Below are positions 51,801 to 60,614 of a DNA stretch of 64,000 nt, in pieces; positions within the stretch are counted from its first letter, which is position 1; the number at the start of each line of letters is the position of its first letter. The DNA lies in NCBI RefSeq assembly GCF_001194135.2, contig NC_069005.1, positions 34,652,110-34,716,109 of the forward strand. Reading direction: 5' to 3'. This DNA comes from Octopus bimaculoides (Eukaryota). The position numbers and the translations under genes were made by a program. The notes under the pieces are model-generated. The model was not told the origin of the DNA and did not search any database. It worked only from the letters and a program-made list of their open reading frames with translations.

Positions 51801-53712
51801 GCTTAGTACTTATTCTATTAGTCACTTTTGCAAGCACACCAACACTGGTTGTCAAACAGTGATGGGAGAACAAACACACGCACACATGCACAACAGGCTT
51901 CTTTCAGTTTCCATCTATCAAATCCACTCATAAGGCTTTGGTCAGCCTGACGCTATAGTAGAAGACATTTGCCCAAGGTGCCACACATTCGGACTGAACC
52001 CAGAGCCATGTGGTTGGGAGGCAAGCTTCTTATCACACAGCCACTCCTGCGACTATGATAATACTGATAACTGTGGAAATAGAATTGGTGAGGCAACCGG
52101 AATATGGAACAGAAACTGGAGAAGCTACAGAAGTTTTGAACTAAAATTGGTGAGGCAACCGGAATATGGAACAGAAACTGGAGAAGCTACAGAAGTTTTG
52201 AACNNNNNNNNNNGAATTGGTGAGGCAACCGGAATATGGAACAGAAACTGGAGAAGCTACAGAAGTTTTGAACTAAAATTGGTGAGGCTACAACATGTGA
52301 CTTGTCTGTGGATATTTACAACAGGTGGTTGGTCTCCACAGCCTCACCTGTTGATTAGTGTCAGTCATAATTAAATTATTCCATTTATGACATTCAACAA
52401 CTGGATCCAATGGGCAAAACTCATAGGTTCTGGTCTAAAGATGAAAACTGCCATTCTTTTAACTGGTACTTGTGATCAGTAAAACACATCTGTGGTGGCT
52501 CCACATTGGTTTGGTGTCTATGGAACGGTGAACTTAAAACCTTGCAGAATAAAAGGTTCTGTTGACAAAAACAATATTTTAATTGCAAACTCATGCCAGA
52601 CAAATACTTTGGTTGAATGTCAGGATGACTTACCTGAAGAGGTATTGCCCAGAAATAGTGCAAAAAACTGTAAATGATCATAAGGTTGTTACATTCTATT
52701 GTCACATGATTCATTATTTCAGTTTCTGTAATTCTTCCATGGGACAAAGCTTGAGTTGATAACTGTTGCACCTTGCTGTATATCATCACCTGTAAAAGAC
52801 GGGGTGTAAAGGTGAGAACAACCAATCAACTGATATTTTATTGATCACATGTTAGTGTGTGATATATACAGACTCAGTTGATTACTTAATCAATAATCAA
52901 TGACAATTAAGGAAATAAGCAAGAATATTAGTGACATAAATATGTTGAAAATGGTTGCAAGTGGGAATTAAATTAATCCTAGACTTATCCTCTCTTCAGG
53001 AATTCCTCTCTATGTCAGTGTGTGTGTGTGAAAAATATTCAGACAGTGTATATTCAAAAGAAAACTAGGTTCGGTTTACCAGCTGATTGGAAATGAGCAA
53101 CTCTAAGAACAGGAAATGGGAGCCTTTCAGTTATAATGTGTGTGTGTGTGTGTGTGTGATATTACACACACACACAAGATGTAAGAGAAGATGGACGCAA
53201 TAATAGGTGAGGACTTACCTGTATAGCAGCTTTCATCCTCATCCCTTCTCGGATGAGTATAAAAAAATGGTACTCCATGAGAGAGTACTGCAATAACATG
53301 AGTACAAACACTAAAGTGATGAGGATGTAGCCATTGGAGAAGAACTCAGTGACAGACACATTTAAGTTGTCCTGCAAAAGAGAGAGATAATGGTTATGGT
53401 GTACATGTTGTACTGGGGGGTAGGCATGGTGCACGTGGTACTGAGTAGGGGGAATGGGGGCACTATGGAAGAGGGGGCATGATATATGTTGTAATATGTA
53501 GTGGTGGCCATGGTACATGTGATTCTTTCAGCTTATCATACATGTAGTATTATGGAATTATGAGTGTGACATGTGATGTATATGTGGAGAGGAGGTAGAA
53601 GTGGGGGCTTTATGGGTGGAAGGCATGTGGTGGTGAAGGTTGTAGTTCTGTGAGAAAGACAGTGGATATGAAGGTGGTGGGGTTGCTGTTATGCAAACAA
53701 TGTGGGGAGAAG

Positions 53713-53743
<31 letters not shown>

Positions 53744-56700
53744 AATGTTTATGTAGATTCATGAGCTCACACACAAAAAAAAACTTGTGAATATTCACAC
53801 ATACACGCACAAGCACAGATACGCATACACGTATACATTCACCAACACAGAAACACCCCACACACACACAAACTAGCATACACTCACCACAAATAGACAG
53901 ACACACACCCACACACAAATCTGTACAGAGAGTATACAAACACACACACATATCCCTACCTTTTTATCCTGTAGAGACAAGAGTGCCGCCACAGTAGTCT
54001 TAATGGCGGTGGTGGCAGCAGTAGTGGTGGTGGTGGTAGCTGATCCATTGTAGATAGAATAAACAGCTCCGACCTCATCTTCCAGGGAACGTCGGGTGAC
54101 AGACACCACACGTGATGTAGCATTGTGGAGTCTTCTAGCAGAACCAATTGGTTGACTAAATTCATTACAATAGTTGAGAATATCTTCTATCCACCATGGG
54201 CCAATGAATGCCAGTAAGTCAGCCGTTAGACGAAGACAACCACTCCAGATAATGGCCGGCCACGAAGCTTTAAACATGCTCACTAACAAAGATGGCTTCA
54301 GCCCCAACCGTAATTTTGATTGCTGAAAGGACAAGAGAATAATTGCAGAAATTTCAATTAGAGAATGGGGAATACTTCATATTTGTAACATTTAAATTAG
54401 TAAAACTGTTAATCTGTAAAAACAACAACAAACCTTGTTATTCTCAAATGAAATCCAAATCTTCTTGTAGTTGTATGTAGATTTCTCTGTCTGAAATAAC
54501 AAAAGTGAAAACATTAGATAAACATTTGAAATATGAAGCAATTGGTTACAATGGTCTCTGTAAGCAACCAGGTAGTCACAAAGGCAGTTCAATAAGTTGT
54601 ATTGTAATCTGTGATCAAGGAAGAAATCACAGAATTATGTTATCCTCATCATTTAACGTCTGTTTTCCATGCTAGCATGGGTTGGACAGTTTGACAGTTG
54701 CGTACTGGGGTCAATGTGATCTGCTAACTAAAATCAGCCACCAAATAACTCTTGAATCACATTCTACTTCCTTAAAATAAAAGGGGGCACAATAAATACT
54801 GCAGTCCTAGATACACTGTGAAAATAAATGTCGGGATGAACCTTTAACGATAGGGGCTGAGAGTAACAAGTACAACCAGAACATTTTTAATCATAAATCA
54901 GTTGGATCAGAGCTGAGCCAAGCGTTAAGCAGCAACCACCACCATTACCACCACCACCATCATCATCATCATCACCCAGTCACTCAATAGTTGTCAACTA
55001 CAGAGAGATATGGGTAGATCTGGAGTGAATGATTGGTAGATTACAGTTGTTTGATGTTTAAATATCTTCCTGTCATCATCGATGGGATGGAGCATGGCTC
55101 ACAACAACAGTTAGGTTAGTTTGGAGGTTGAGGTTGGTGGTGTGTGGTGGTGAGAATGCCATGCTGGTATTACATATATCAAGGTCAGTGACGTAGAGTT
55201 GTGAGTAGAAGTGAGAGGAAGTACAGAGTTGGGGGGAAAGAGCAACAGAGAGAGAGGGGAGATTAGGAGTTACAAGAGAGGAGAGAGAGAAGATAGCAAT
55301 AGGGAAAGGGAGAGACAAAGTACAATAGAGAGAGTGGGGGGGAGTTGATAGAGAGATGGAACAAATAAGGGGAGGGGGTATTAATCCAAATCCAGTAAAT
55401 ATGACTGTTCTGGTTTTTAAGAGGATTAAAACAGTTTAGGTAGACAAAAATAATAATAATAAAAATGATAATAATACTGTCGTATTTCAGGATGGTCATT
55501 TTTTTTTTTTTTTGCCAAATAAATACACACACTAAATATTCGTTCAGCAACGAATGTCCATTGTCCGGAAATCTTTCGTCACACATCTGTGACCTCTTCA
55601 GCGACACTTTCCATCCTCATGTGTGCTCTTACTCCGCTTAGTCCATGATTGACACACAAGGTCGGAAAATGTCGTTGAAAAGGTCACAGATGTGTGACGA
55701 AAGATTTCTGGACAATGGACAGGAGTTAGAATAAGAACAGTAATAAATGAGTAAAGAACGAATCTATAGTGTATGTATTTATTTGGAAAAACAAAAAAAA
55801 AATGACCCTCCACCCCCTCCACCTTTCCAGCCCTTTCCTTTCCAAGTGGAACTTGAAAAAGTTGATGAGGGTTTGAATGAAGAGAAAAGTGTCGGCCTCA
55901 TTCTTTCAGCCTTCTCCACCAAACAACCTGTGTCACCATAACCACTAGACAGGGGAACCCCCACCTGCCCCATCTGACAGCCAGGTTCATTCTACATGCA
56001 ACAATAATGACTATGGTGGTGGTGGTGATGATGATAATGATGATGTCATAATTAGGTGAAATGGGACAGGGGACAGGGTAGTGTATTGAAACCCATTTCA
56101 GTATGTTCTATCACTGCCCATGGCATGTGTTTCTATAAGGATATCATATGTAGTAAACGTGGTGTAGTGGTGTTCATCACAGTTCAAATGATGTTAAGAA
56201 ATATCCTCCACAGATGTGATGTAATGGAGTTCATTACAGTTCTTATGGTGTTAAAGAATGCACTGTGTAGTAGATGTAATGTAGTGGTGGTCATGATGGG
56301 AGAGGTTCTGGAAGTACAGACATACAACACATTATTTAGAGACAATGGACATACATATATATATGCAATCACACATTTAGGCACACACACACACACACAC
56401 GTATTCTTTAAACACACATATTGTTTACACAAACACACACACACAGTTCTGACATCCAATGTGGGAATTTGGTGTAGTGAGTGGAGCCGTGTCATTTTAG
56501 GGTCCGATAGCCTAGAAACCATCAGCAGTGAAGTGAAGCCTTGACAAAAATGGCCACTGAGAGAGGAGTGAGGGAAGTGGAAGAGATGGAGTCAGATCCT
56601 TTACTTACCATAGGGAGTTTACCCAGGTTGTGTAACTCTATGACGTGTCGGAAACCTTTCCTTATCAAATCAGTAATCCACCAGAAGGTAATCTTTGATA

Positions 56701-57283
56701 AGAAGCTTACGTAGGGTTGGATGTATTTGAGATAAGCCAGTTCTTCAGGTGAGTGTACAGGGCATGGTTCTTGGAAAAAAGCATATTTCTGGAATGAAAA
56801 GAGAGAAGAACATTATCATGAGATCATTATGAATGACAAAGCCTTCTTGCATTAAATAACTCGATCCCTAAATACAAAAAAAAACTCTTTAAATAAAAAA
56901 AAAAGGCAATATTTACAGAAGAGCTTGATTCGCAAATGGTTGGGTAATTTAATTTGTTAATATTCAGGCTGACCTAAACAGAGCAGAATGGCAGAAATGG
57001 TATTTGGCTAAGTCTCTTTATATTCTGGAGTCCGTCTCCCAATGTTATCAACAACACCGTTTTTATGTATGTTTTGTTTCCCATTACTGGCTTGTGTTGG
57101 CCAAAGTCTTATCAAGGGACAACTCTATGACCAGAGACTCTTTCTGTTGTTGATAACCATTAACTGGCTTTCGTTCACTGAAAGTGTAGAGTTACACAAT
57201 GTCATCATGGCTGCAAACACAATGTCACTGCTTTGTTCATACTGTGTCATGCAAACAGATATAGGAGGTAAATATTCACACAG

Positions 57284-57314
<31 letters not shown>

Positions 57315-59179
57315 AACAGGGTGCAGTGAATAAATTGTTATCTAAACTACGCAAAAATGAAAATAACATTGACATCTCATTTTAACAGGTATATTTGCCA
57401 AAATTACATAAAAATATCTTAAAATACTAAAGTCTAGAGTAAATATATTCAATAAAATTGCCACTGGCTTCAACCAAGGCTTCCAGACGACTTTGGAATC
57501 TCCTGCAACTCTTCTGGACGGTCTCCTTGTTTAAATTGATGAATGCTGCCATAATCCTTGCCTTCAGTTCATCTTTGGTGTTACAAGGAGTTTTGTTGGT
57601 CTCTCGCTCAACTGCGCCCCACACATAATAATCTAGGGAGTTGCAGCCTGGGGAGTTAAGTGGCCAGGTGTTAGGGGTGATGTAGTCACAGAAATTGTCT
57701 GACAGCCATGACTGGGTTCTCCAGCTTGTGTGGCATGGTGCAGAGTCCTGTTGCCAGACTTAGGGTCTTCCAGCAGCCATCCTCTTCACCCGGGGCAGCA
57801 CTACCGCCTCCAGGCACCAATGTTATCCAAAGGAATGACAAAGGGGCCGATACAGCTTGGCACCAGTGACATCACAACTCATTTCTACAGCTGAGTGAAC
57901 TGGAGCAACGTGAAATAAAGTGTCTTGCTCAAGAACACAACAAACAGCTCGGTCCAGGAATTGAACTCACTGCCTCATGATTGTGAGCCTGATGCTCTAA
58001 CCACTGAGCCATGCACCTTCACAGTGCCTGTATCGGGGTACCTATTTACAGCTAAAAGACTGAGCCAGAAATAGTTAAGTGTCTCGTTTTATACAGTGGT
58101 GGTGGTGGTGGTTATCCATCCTTAACACCACCAGTCATTACATCAACTCCACCATTCACAATTACAATGACACACAAGAAACCTCTCTATGGGGTCACTC
58201 AAAATGCTAGAAATAGCTGCCAAATCTCATATCACAACTTAATATTTCAAAAATAAAAAAAACAAATTGAAGAATTTAAGGCAGGATGGTCATGGCTGAA
58301 ATGCCTTTGAACATAGGTGTGTTGTGACTCAAGGCAGACCTAGGGCTAAAAATAACAACAACAAAACTAAAGAGAGAGAAGTGACCTGATCATTGTTGAG
58401 TATCTAACGAGTGTATATATGTGTGTATAAGCTTCATTAATCGAACACAATTAATCTTTATTGATGAAGTAATGAAGAGAAGAGATGGCGGGAGGATAAT
58501 CATCCAATTTGGCAGTGAAAACAGATAATTAACAAACACTAACGAATAGAGAAAACATTAACCAACATTTGTTTTTAAATAAAATACAACAGAACAAGTA
58601 AATAAATAAATAAACAAAGGGTGTGTTGTGGTCCCTAATTGAAGGAGGAGGAGGAGAAGATAGGGCAATTGATTGAATTGCAGGTTGGTGTAAAAAATTA
58701 ATTTCCTTGTAATTACACAGTGTTCAAGCTAACGAACTATGAAATCTAATTTCCAATGGTGGTGGTGGTGGTGGTGGTGGTGGTGGTGTAGTGACTGCTA
58801 ACAGTAGGGATGGTGATGGTGGTGGTAACAGAGGGGTGGCTAATGACTGGTGATGGTAGTTGTGATCAAGACAATGCTAATTATTTAGTCGTGAGTTCAC
58901 ATTTCATTGCTCGTGGACATAAAGTACTAGTAATTTACTGGGGGATGATAATTGTCACCATGACAAACACACACGGAAACCAGCAACCACGAAATAACGC
59001 ATTCAGAAGGAAAGTATGCATATATACAGATCTATTCCACAACAAAATGCATACAGCACTGCACGTGTGTGTGTGTGTGTATATATATATACATACACAC
59101 ACAATACAATATATGCAGTGTTCAACTTTGAACTGAATTTAATTATAAAATACATACACACATTGCAAAATATATACTG

Positions 59180-59215
<36 letters not shown>

Positions 59216-60614
59216 CGTTATGCAATACACACATTATTCAATACACACTATTTATTATACATATTGCACTCACTCACATATATATGTGTGTGTGTGGTAC
59301 ACATGCACATACATTATATACTTTTATAACATACACACAGTTGGTTTATATGTGTTCTTATACACACTCTGAGACTTGAAGCACTCACACACACACATTA
59401 AGTGTTTATGCGTTGGGCTGTATATAAAGTATGACTCACAACCAGACAGGAAAGTAGAAGCAGAAAATGACCGGCAGTCGGGGACCTTAGTCTGGAGGTT
59501 GAGAGGGTCATTTAGAAAACCCCCACTTCCTTAGCCTTCCCAGAGGAATGTCTGGGGCAATTTATAATTTCCTGATCTTGTATGCACTTATTGGAAATTA
59601 TGCTACCCGGGTATCTGAATTAGAAAGTTGTGGTTAGTTGTTAATGATGTATCAAGAAAGTGGGGAAGAGAGAGAGAGAGGTGGGGTAGTGCAAAGGCAC
59701 CACCGACAGATGACCTCAGTTTGCTGGACATTAACAGCCAGACCCATTTTTTTTGTTTGTTTGACTAATTGTGATGACCCACTGAGGTAGTCCCTTGTCA
59801 GATTTCAGGGTAACCACAGATGATTTTGTTTTCTGCTGTAGCCTCAGGCCAACCAAAGCCTTACAAGTGAATCTGGTACATGGAAACTGAAAGAAGCCCA
59901 TCATATATATAGGAACCTGGCTATGATATAACACGTTGACACCAAAAAACTGATGAGACTCACCTGTACTCGGAGTACATCCATTTCAACAAAGATCAGG
60001 ATTCCATAGACAACAGTCACAACCCATGTCAGGTCAAGTCGAAGATCCGTGAAGTCCATGTTGTTCCTGTAGAGGGAGATCAGTTTGAAAACTCGGAGTA
60101 CAAAGGCAGCTGACCAGTAGCCGAGCAGGATGAGCAGAAATCCTGGGGAGTTCCAGATTTCAACATTGTGATAATATGTGATGCTCATAACAGATCCAAT
60201 GAGAGCAGCACAGGGGGGTATGAAGACATGATAGTTGACAGAGTCCGGATCATGGGCATCAGAGGTCAAACCCTCGGCAATCTCCATGAGGTTCACCCCA
60301 ATCAGGAAAAGGGTGACCACCCAACGAAAGGCATGCACTCGAAAATGGACCCATGTTTTCACTTTCTTAGTTCCGATCACAGATTTGCTCCAGATTATCA
60401 ATATTGGGACACTAAACAGCAGGAATATGCAATGTGGAATGATGTTGAGAACATCAATGAAACAGTCGTTCTGAAGAACACCATTTGCAACGCTCAAAGC
60501 ATCCAAACGTGAACCACAGAAGCCATAGATTTTCTTGGCAGTGACATCCTGCTTTGGTAAAGTCTTTGTTGTCATCAAAGGCCAGGTGACATTTAAAGGT
60601 GTCTGCTGGGTCAT
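24711..60614 (-). CDS. SUR (ABCC8/ABCC9): Sulfonylurea receptor (ABCC8/ABCC9-like ABC transporter subfamily C, TMD0-L0-TMD1-NBD1-TMD2-NBD2); 37 coding exons, 5409 nt, 1802 aa (1828 aa with putative upstream exon)
   Basis: All exons have AG/GT boundaries and compatible phases. SUR-type motifs: FCG..GVLQNDCFIDVLNIIPH (TMD0), QPYVSFLSKITFWW (L0), GPSGSGKST (NBD1 Walker A), NRWLAIR (TM16), WPDVGDI and RFNLDP (NBD2). Stop TGA at 24711-24713. Confidence 0.95.
25277..25423 (-). CDS. SUR (ABCC8/ABCC9): SUR exon: NBD2 Walker B LFCFARAYMRDSKIVIVEQEHTND
   Basis: 147 nt, phase 0-0. Confidence 0.93.
25607..25656 (-). CDS. SUR (ABCC8/ABCC9): SUR exon: NBD2 signature EGKEFTIGQRQ
   Basis: 50 nt, phase 1-0. 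Confidence 0.93.
26184..26287 (-). CDS. SUR (ABCC8/ABCC9): SUR exon FNLDPEGIYKDPEIWEALNAVQMK
   Basis: 104 nt, phase 2-1. Confidence 0.94.
26485..26672 (-). CDS. SUR (ABCC8/ABCC9): SUR exon: NBD2 Walker A GHAGSGRSS and Q-loop IVPHDP
   Basis: 188 nt, phase 0-2. Confidence 0.95.
27508..27638 (-). CDS. SUR (ABCC8/ABCC9): SUR exon VPESWPDVGDIEFQHIALNYD (NBD2 start)
   Basis: 131 nt, phase 1-0. Confidence 0.94.
28223..28340 (-). CDS. SUR (ABCC8/ABCC9): SUR exon ...ATELENNISSLERVVEY
   Basis: 118 nt, phase 0-1. Confidence 0.92.
28982..29095 (-). CDS. SUR (ABCC8/ABCC9): SUR exon DFLGCLIL...GTLVGLCMLNVLM
   Basis: 114 nt, phase 0-0. Confidence 0.92.
29380..29482 (-). CDS. SUR (ABCC8/ABCC9): SUR exon ...AVNRWLAIRL (TM16)
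   Basis: 103 nt, phase 2-0. Confidence 0.93.
29834..29926 (-). CDS. SUR (ABCC8/ABCC9): SUR exon QLNRLQNLTKLPLFNHFSEILSGLRTIRAY
   Basis: 93 nt, phase 2-2; canonical ABCC motif. Confidence 0.95.
30781..30938 (-). CDS. SUR (ABCC8/ABCC9): SUR exon: TM14-15
   Basis: 158 nt, phase 0-2. Confidence 0.92.
31843..31912 (-). CDS. SUR (ABCC8/ABCC9): SUR exon HFESTPPATILNTFSADSRIVDQ
   Basis: 70 nt, phase 2-0; variant of FFxTTPxGxILNRFS. Confidence 0.93.
32244..32410 (-). CDS. SUR (ABCC8/ABCC9): SUR exon: TM13 ...GADRLHQKML
   Basis: 167 nt, phase 0-2. Confidence 0.92.
32750..32997 (-). CDS. SUR (ABCC8/ABCC9): SUR exon: acidic stretch and TM12 (..DLWLANW..)
   Basis: 248 nt, phase 1-0; ABCC DxWLAxW motif. 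Confidence 0.92.
33378..33748 (+). mobile_element. Non-autonomous Helentron/HINE-like element
   Basis: 5' stem-loop CCTTCGC-CTTA-GCGAAGG; (TTTG)-rich tract; 3' CCTTGGCGG and GCGCTCTCTAAGTGC stem; ends CTTGT. Confidence 0.5.
35700..35998 (-). mobile_element. tRNA-head, CORE-like SINE family C; second copy 57790-58020
   Basis: TGGCTCAGTGGTTAGAG A box, GAGTTCAATTCC B box, TTGAGCAAGACACTT core; two similar copies. Confidence 0.75.
36548..36635 (-). CDS. SUR (ABCC8/ABCC9): SUR linker exon SNLGIPISRQVSQMSVMTENSLEDDGLEE
   Basis: 88 nt, phase 0-1; start of acidic ED-like stretch. Confidence 0.85.
36974..37058 (-). CDS. SUR (ABCC8/ABCC9): SUR linker exon QDIDHEFDKHRRTSFDHISEPVHKLSIQ
   Basis: 85 nt, phase 2-0; supplies the phase change needed between 44148 and 36635. 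Confidence 0.85.
38737..38905 (-). mobile_element. SINE family A copy (intronic)
   Basis: Reverse complement of the family A consensus. Confidence 0.8.
39079..39099 (-). CDS. SUR (ABCC8/ABCC9): SUR microexon 3 (21 nt): (R)RSSLAE(R)
   Basis: gattctttgatttcag|GAGATCCAGTTTGGCTGAGAG|gtatta; phase 2-2. Confidence 0.72.
40863..40886 (-). CDS. SUR (ABCC8/ABCC9): SUR microexon 2 (24 nt): (R)RRSSLPE(R)
   Basis: gtttttattttgttgccccag|GAGGAGATCAAGTCTTCCAGAAAG|gtattt; phase 2-2. Confidence 0.72.
41400..42250. repeat. Degenerate ~20-25-bp tandem array (ACAAGATATAGAGTACCTCACT-like)
   Basis: Recurring AGAGTACC/CACTACAAGA units. Confidence 0.6.
42463..42483 (-). CDS. SUR (ABCC8/ABCC9): SUR microexon 1 (21 nt): (K)RTNVVE(R)
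   Basis: caattttatttccag|AAGAACTAATGTGGTTGAAAG|gtattt; phase 2-2. Confidence 0.7.
44148..44257 (-). CDS. SUR (ABCC8/ABCC9): SUR exon: end of NBD1 IIVVNRHQIKCQG...VLKDN
   Basis: 110 nt, phase 0-2; GTAAGT donor. Confidence 0.92.
44591..44728 (-). CDS. SUR (ABCC8/ABCC9): SUR exon: NBD1 Walker B/D-loop DDPFSKIE...RTVILVSPQ
   Basis: 138 nt, phase 0-0. Confidence 0.95.
45151..45231 (-). CDS. SUR (ABCC8/ABCC9): SUR exon: NBD1 signature GILLTEGQKQRISLARALY
   Basis: 81 nt, phase 0-0. Confidence 0.95.
45577..45661 (-). CDS. SUR (ABCC8/ABCC9): SUR exon YKKVLHAVSLNTDL...TEVGEQ
   Basis: 85 nt, phase 2-0. Confidence 0.93.
46005..46100 (-). CDS. SUR (ABCC8/ABCC9): SUR exon: NBD1 Q-loop AYCSQPPWLMNATVQENILFG
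   Basis: 96 nt, phase 2-2; canonical ABCC motif. Confidence 0.95.
46281..46386 (-). CDS. SUR (ABCC8/ABCC9): SUR exon: NBD1 Walker A GPSGSGKST
   Basis: 106 nt, phase 1-2. Confidence 0.95.
47039..47474 (-). CDS. SUR (ABCC8/ABCC9): SUR exon: linker plus NBD1 start (..RRPSFS..HYRRRNT..LDISEASF..LKDINIKIPL)
   Basis: ORF 47001..47456; 436 nt, phase 0-1; GTAAGT donor. Confidence 0.9.
47620..47945. repeat. Intronic minisatellite, ~42-bp period (TTGAAGGTGTACAxAxAGTAGCAGTAAGAGGAGATGTAACA)
   Basis: About 7-8 degenerate tandem units. Confidence 0.85.
47988..48092 (-). CDS. SUR (ABCC8/ABCC9): SUR probable linker exon STWLTTGSTPTLLVMDSRSSDAEMSEFSKSIPPML
   Basis: 105 nt, phase 0-0, open frame, GTAAGT donor; moderate acceptor; no homology support, could be skipped. 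Confidence 0.6.
48241..48433 (+). mobile_element. Second copy of the mariner-derived MITE
   Basis: Clearly homologous to 2671-2878 (ctggctttaaggg...aatctgagaggggaata...gatcctcctg). Confidence 0.7.
49403..49651 (-). CDS. SUR (ABCC8/ABCC9): SUR exon: TM11 and start of TMD1-NBD1 linker
   Basis: LTPGQVFSVAATFQ...LTSFLQS; 249 nt, phase 0-0. Confidence 0.9.
50210..50250 (-). CDS. SUR (ABCC8/ABCC9): SUR exon (E)FLVTSAPLLSTAA
   Basis: tttctcttgcag acceptor, GTAAGT donor, 41 nt, phase 1-0. Confidence 0.88.
50664..50826 (-). CDS. SUR (ABCC8/ABCC9): SUR exon NLSERRVK...KGIKQIKLNAWE
   Basis: ABCC-type GIKxxKLxAWE motif; 163 nt, phase 0-1. Confidence 0.93.
50929..51264. mobile_element. hAT-Charlie (MER-like) MITE
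   Basis: TIR (C)AGTGGTTCTCAAC / TTTGAGAACCCCTG; both flanks NTCTA.., matching the Charlie target preference. Confidence 0.7.
51444..51578 (-). CDS. SUR (ABCC8/ABCC9): SUR exon IVVGFIVVFLKLGSSA...LQGSIM
   Basis: ttattttccag acceptor, GTATGT donor, 135 nt. Confidence 0.9.
51730..52050 (-). mobile_element. SINE family B copy
   Basis: Reverse complement of family B. Confidence 0.8.
52083..52290. repeat. 62-bp tandem repeat (3+ units) spanning a 10-N gap
   Basis: Identical units at 52083, 52145 and 52215. Confidence 0.8.
52634..52789 (-). CDS. SUR (ABCC8/ABCC9): SUR exon VMIYSK...YFWAIPLQ
   Basis: cttttacag acceptor, GTAAGT donor, 156 nt. Confidence 0.92.
53219..53371 (-). CDS. SUR (ABCC8/ABCC9): SUR exon DNLNVSVTEFFSNGY...REGMRMKAAIQ (TM7)
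   Basis: ctcttttgcag acceptor, GTAAGT donor, 153 nt. Confidence 0.92.
53960..54322 (-). CDS. SUR (ABCC8/ABCC9): SUR exon: TM6 plus long Thr-rich extracellular loop
   Basis: GCLRLTADLLAFIGP motif; 363 nt, phase 0-0. Confidence 0.88.
54434..54490 (-). CDS. SUR (ABCC8/ABCC9): SUR exon TEKSTYNYKKIWISFENNK
   Basis: ttgttatttcag acceptor, GTTTGT donor, 57 nt, phase 0-0. Confidence 0.85.
55555..55721. repeat. 167-bp imperfect palindrome (long hairpin) in the SUR intron between the 56609 and 54490 exons
   Basis: 41-bp arms with one mismatch, extending to ~58 bp and loosely ~70 bp; no TSD found. Confidence 0.9.
56609..56788 (-). CDS. SUR (ABCC8/ABCC9): SUR exon: L0/lasso KYAFFQEP...SKITFWWITDLIRKG...LGKLPM
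   Basis: ttttcattccag acceptor, GTAAGT donor, 180 nt, phase 0-0. Confidence 0.93.
57317..57765 (-). pseudogene. DD37D (maT-like) Tc1/mariner transposase 3' remnant with TIR
   Basis: WQQDSAPCH...WPLNSPGCNSLDYYVWGAVE...RRFQSRLEALVEASGNFIE; TA-CAGGGTG terminus. Confidence 0.85.
59964..60614 (-). CDS. SUR (ABCC8/ABCC9): SUR exon: whole TMD0 (217 codons)
   Basis: ORF 59901..60614; five hydrophobic segments; donor CAG|GTGAGT. Confidence 0.95.

Noticed and set aside
52083-52290. 62-bp identical direct repeats, superficially CRISPR-like
   Set aside because: No unique spacers, eukaryotic context, and a 10-N gap within the array; probably a minisatellite or scaffold overlap artefact.
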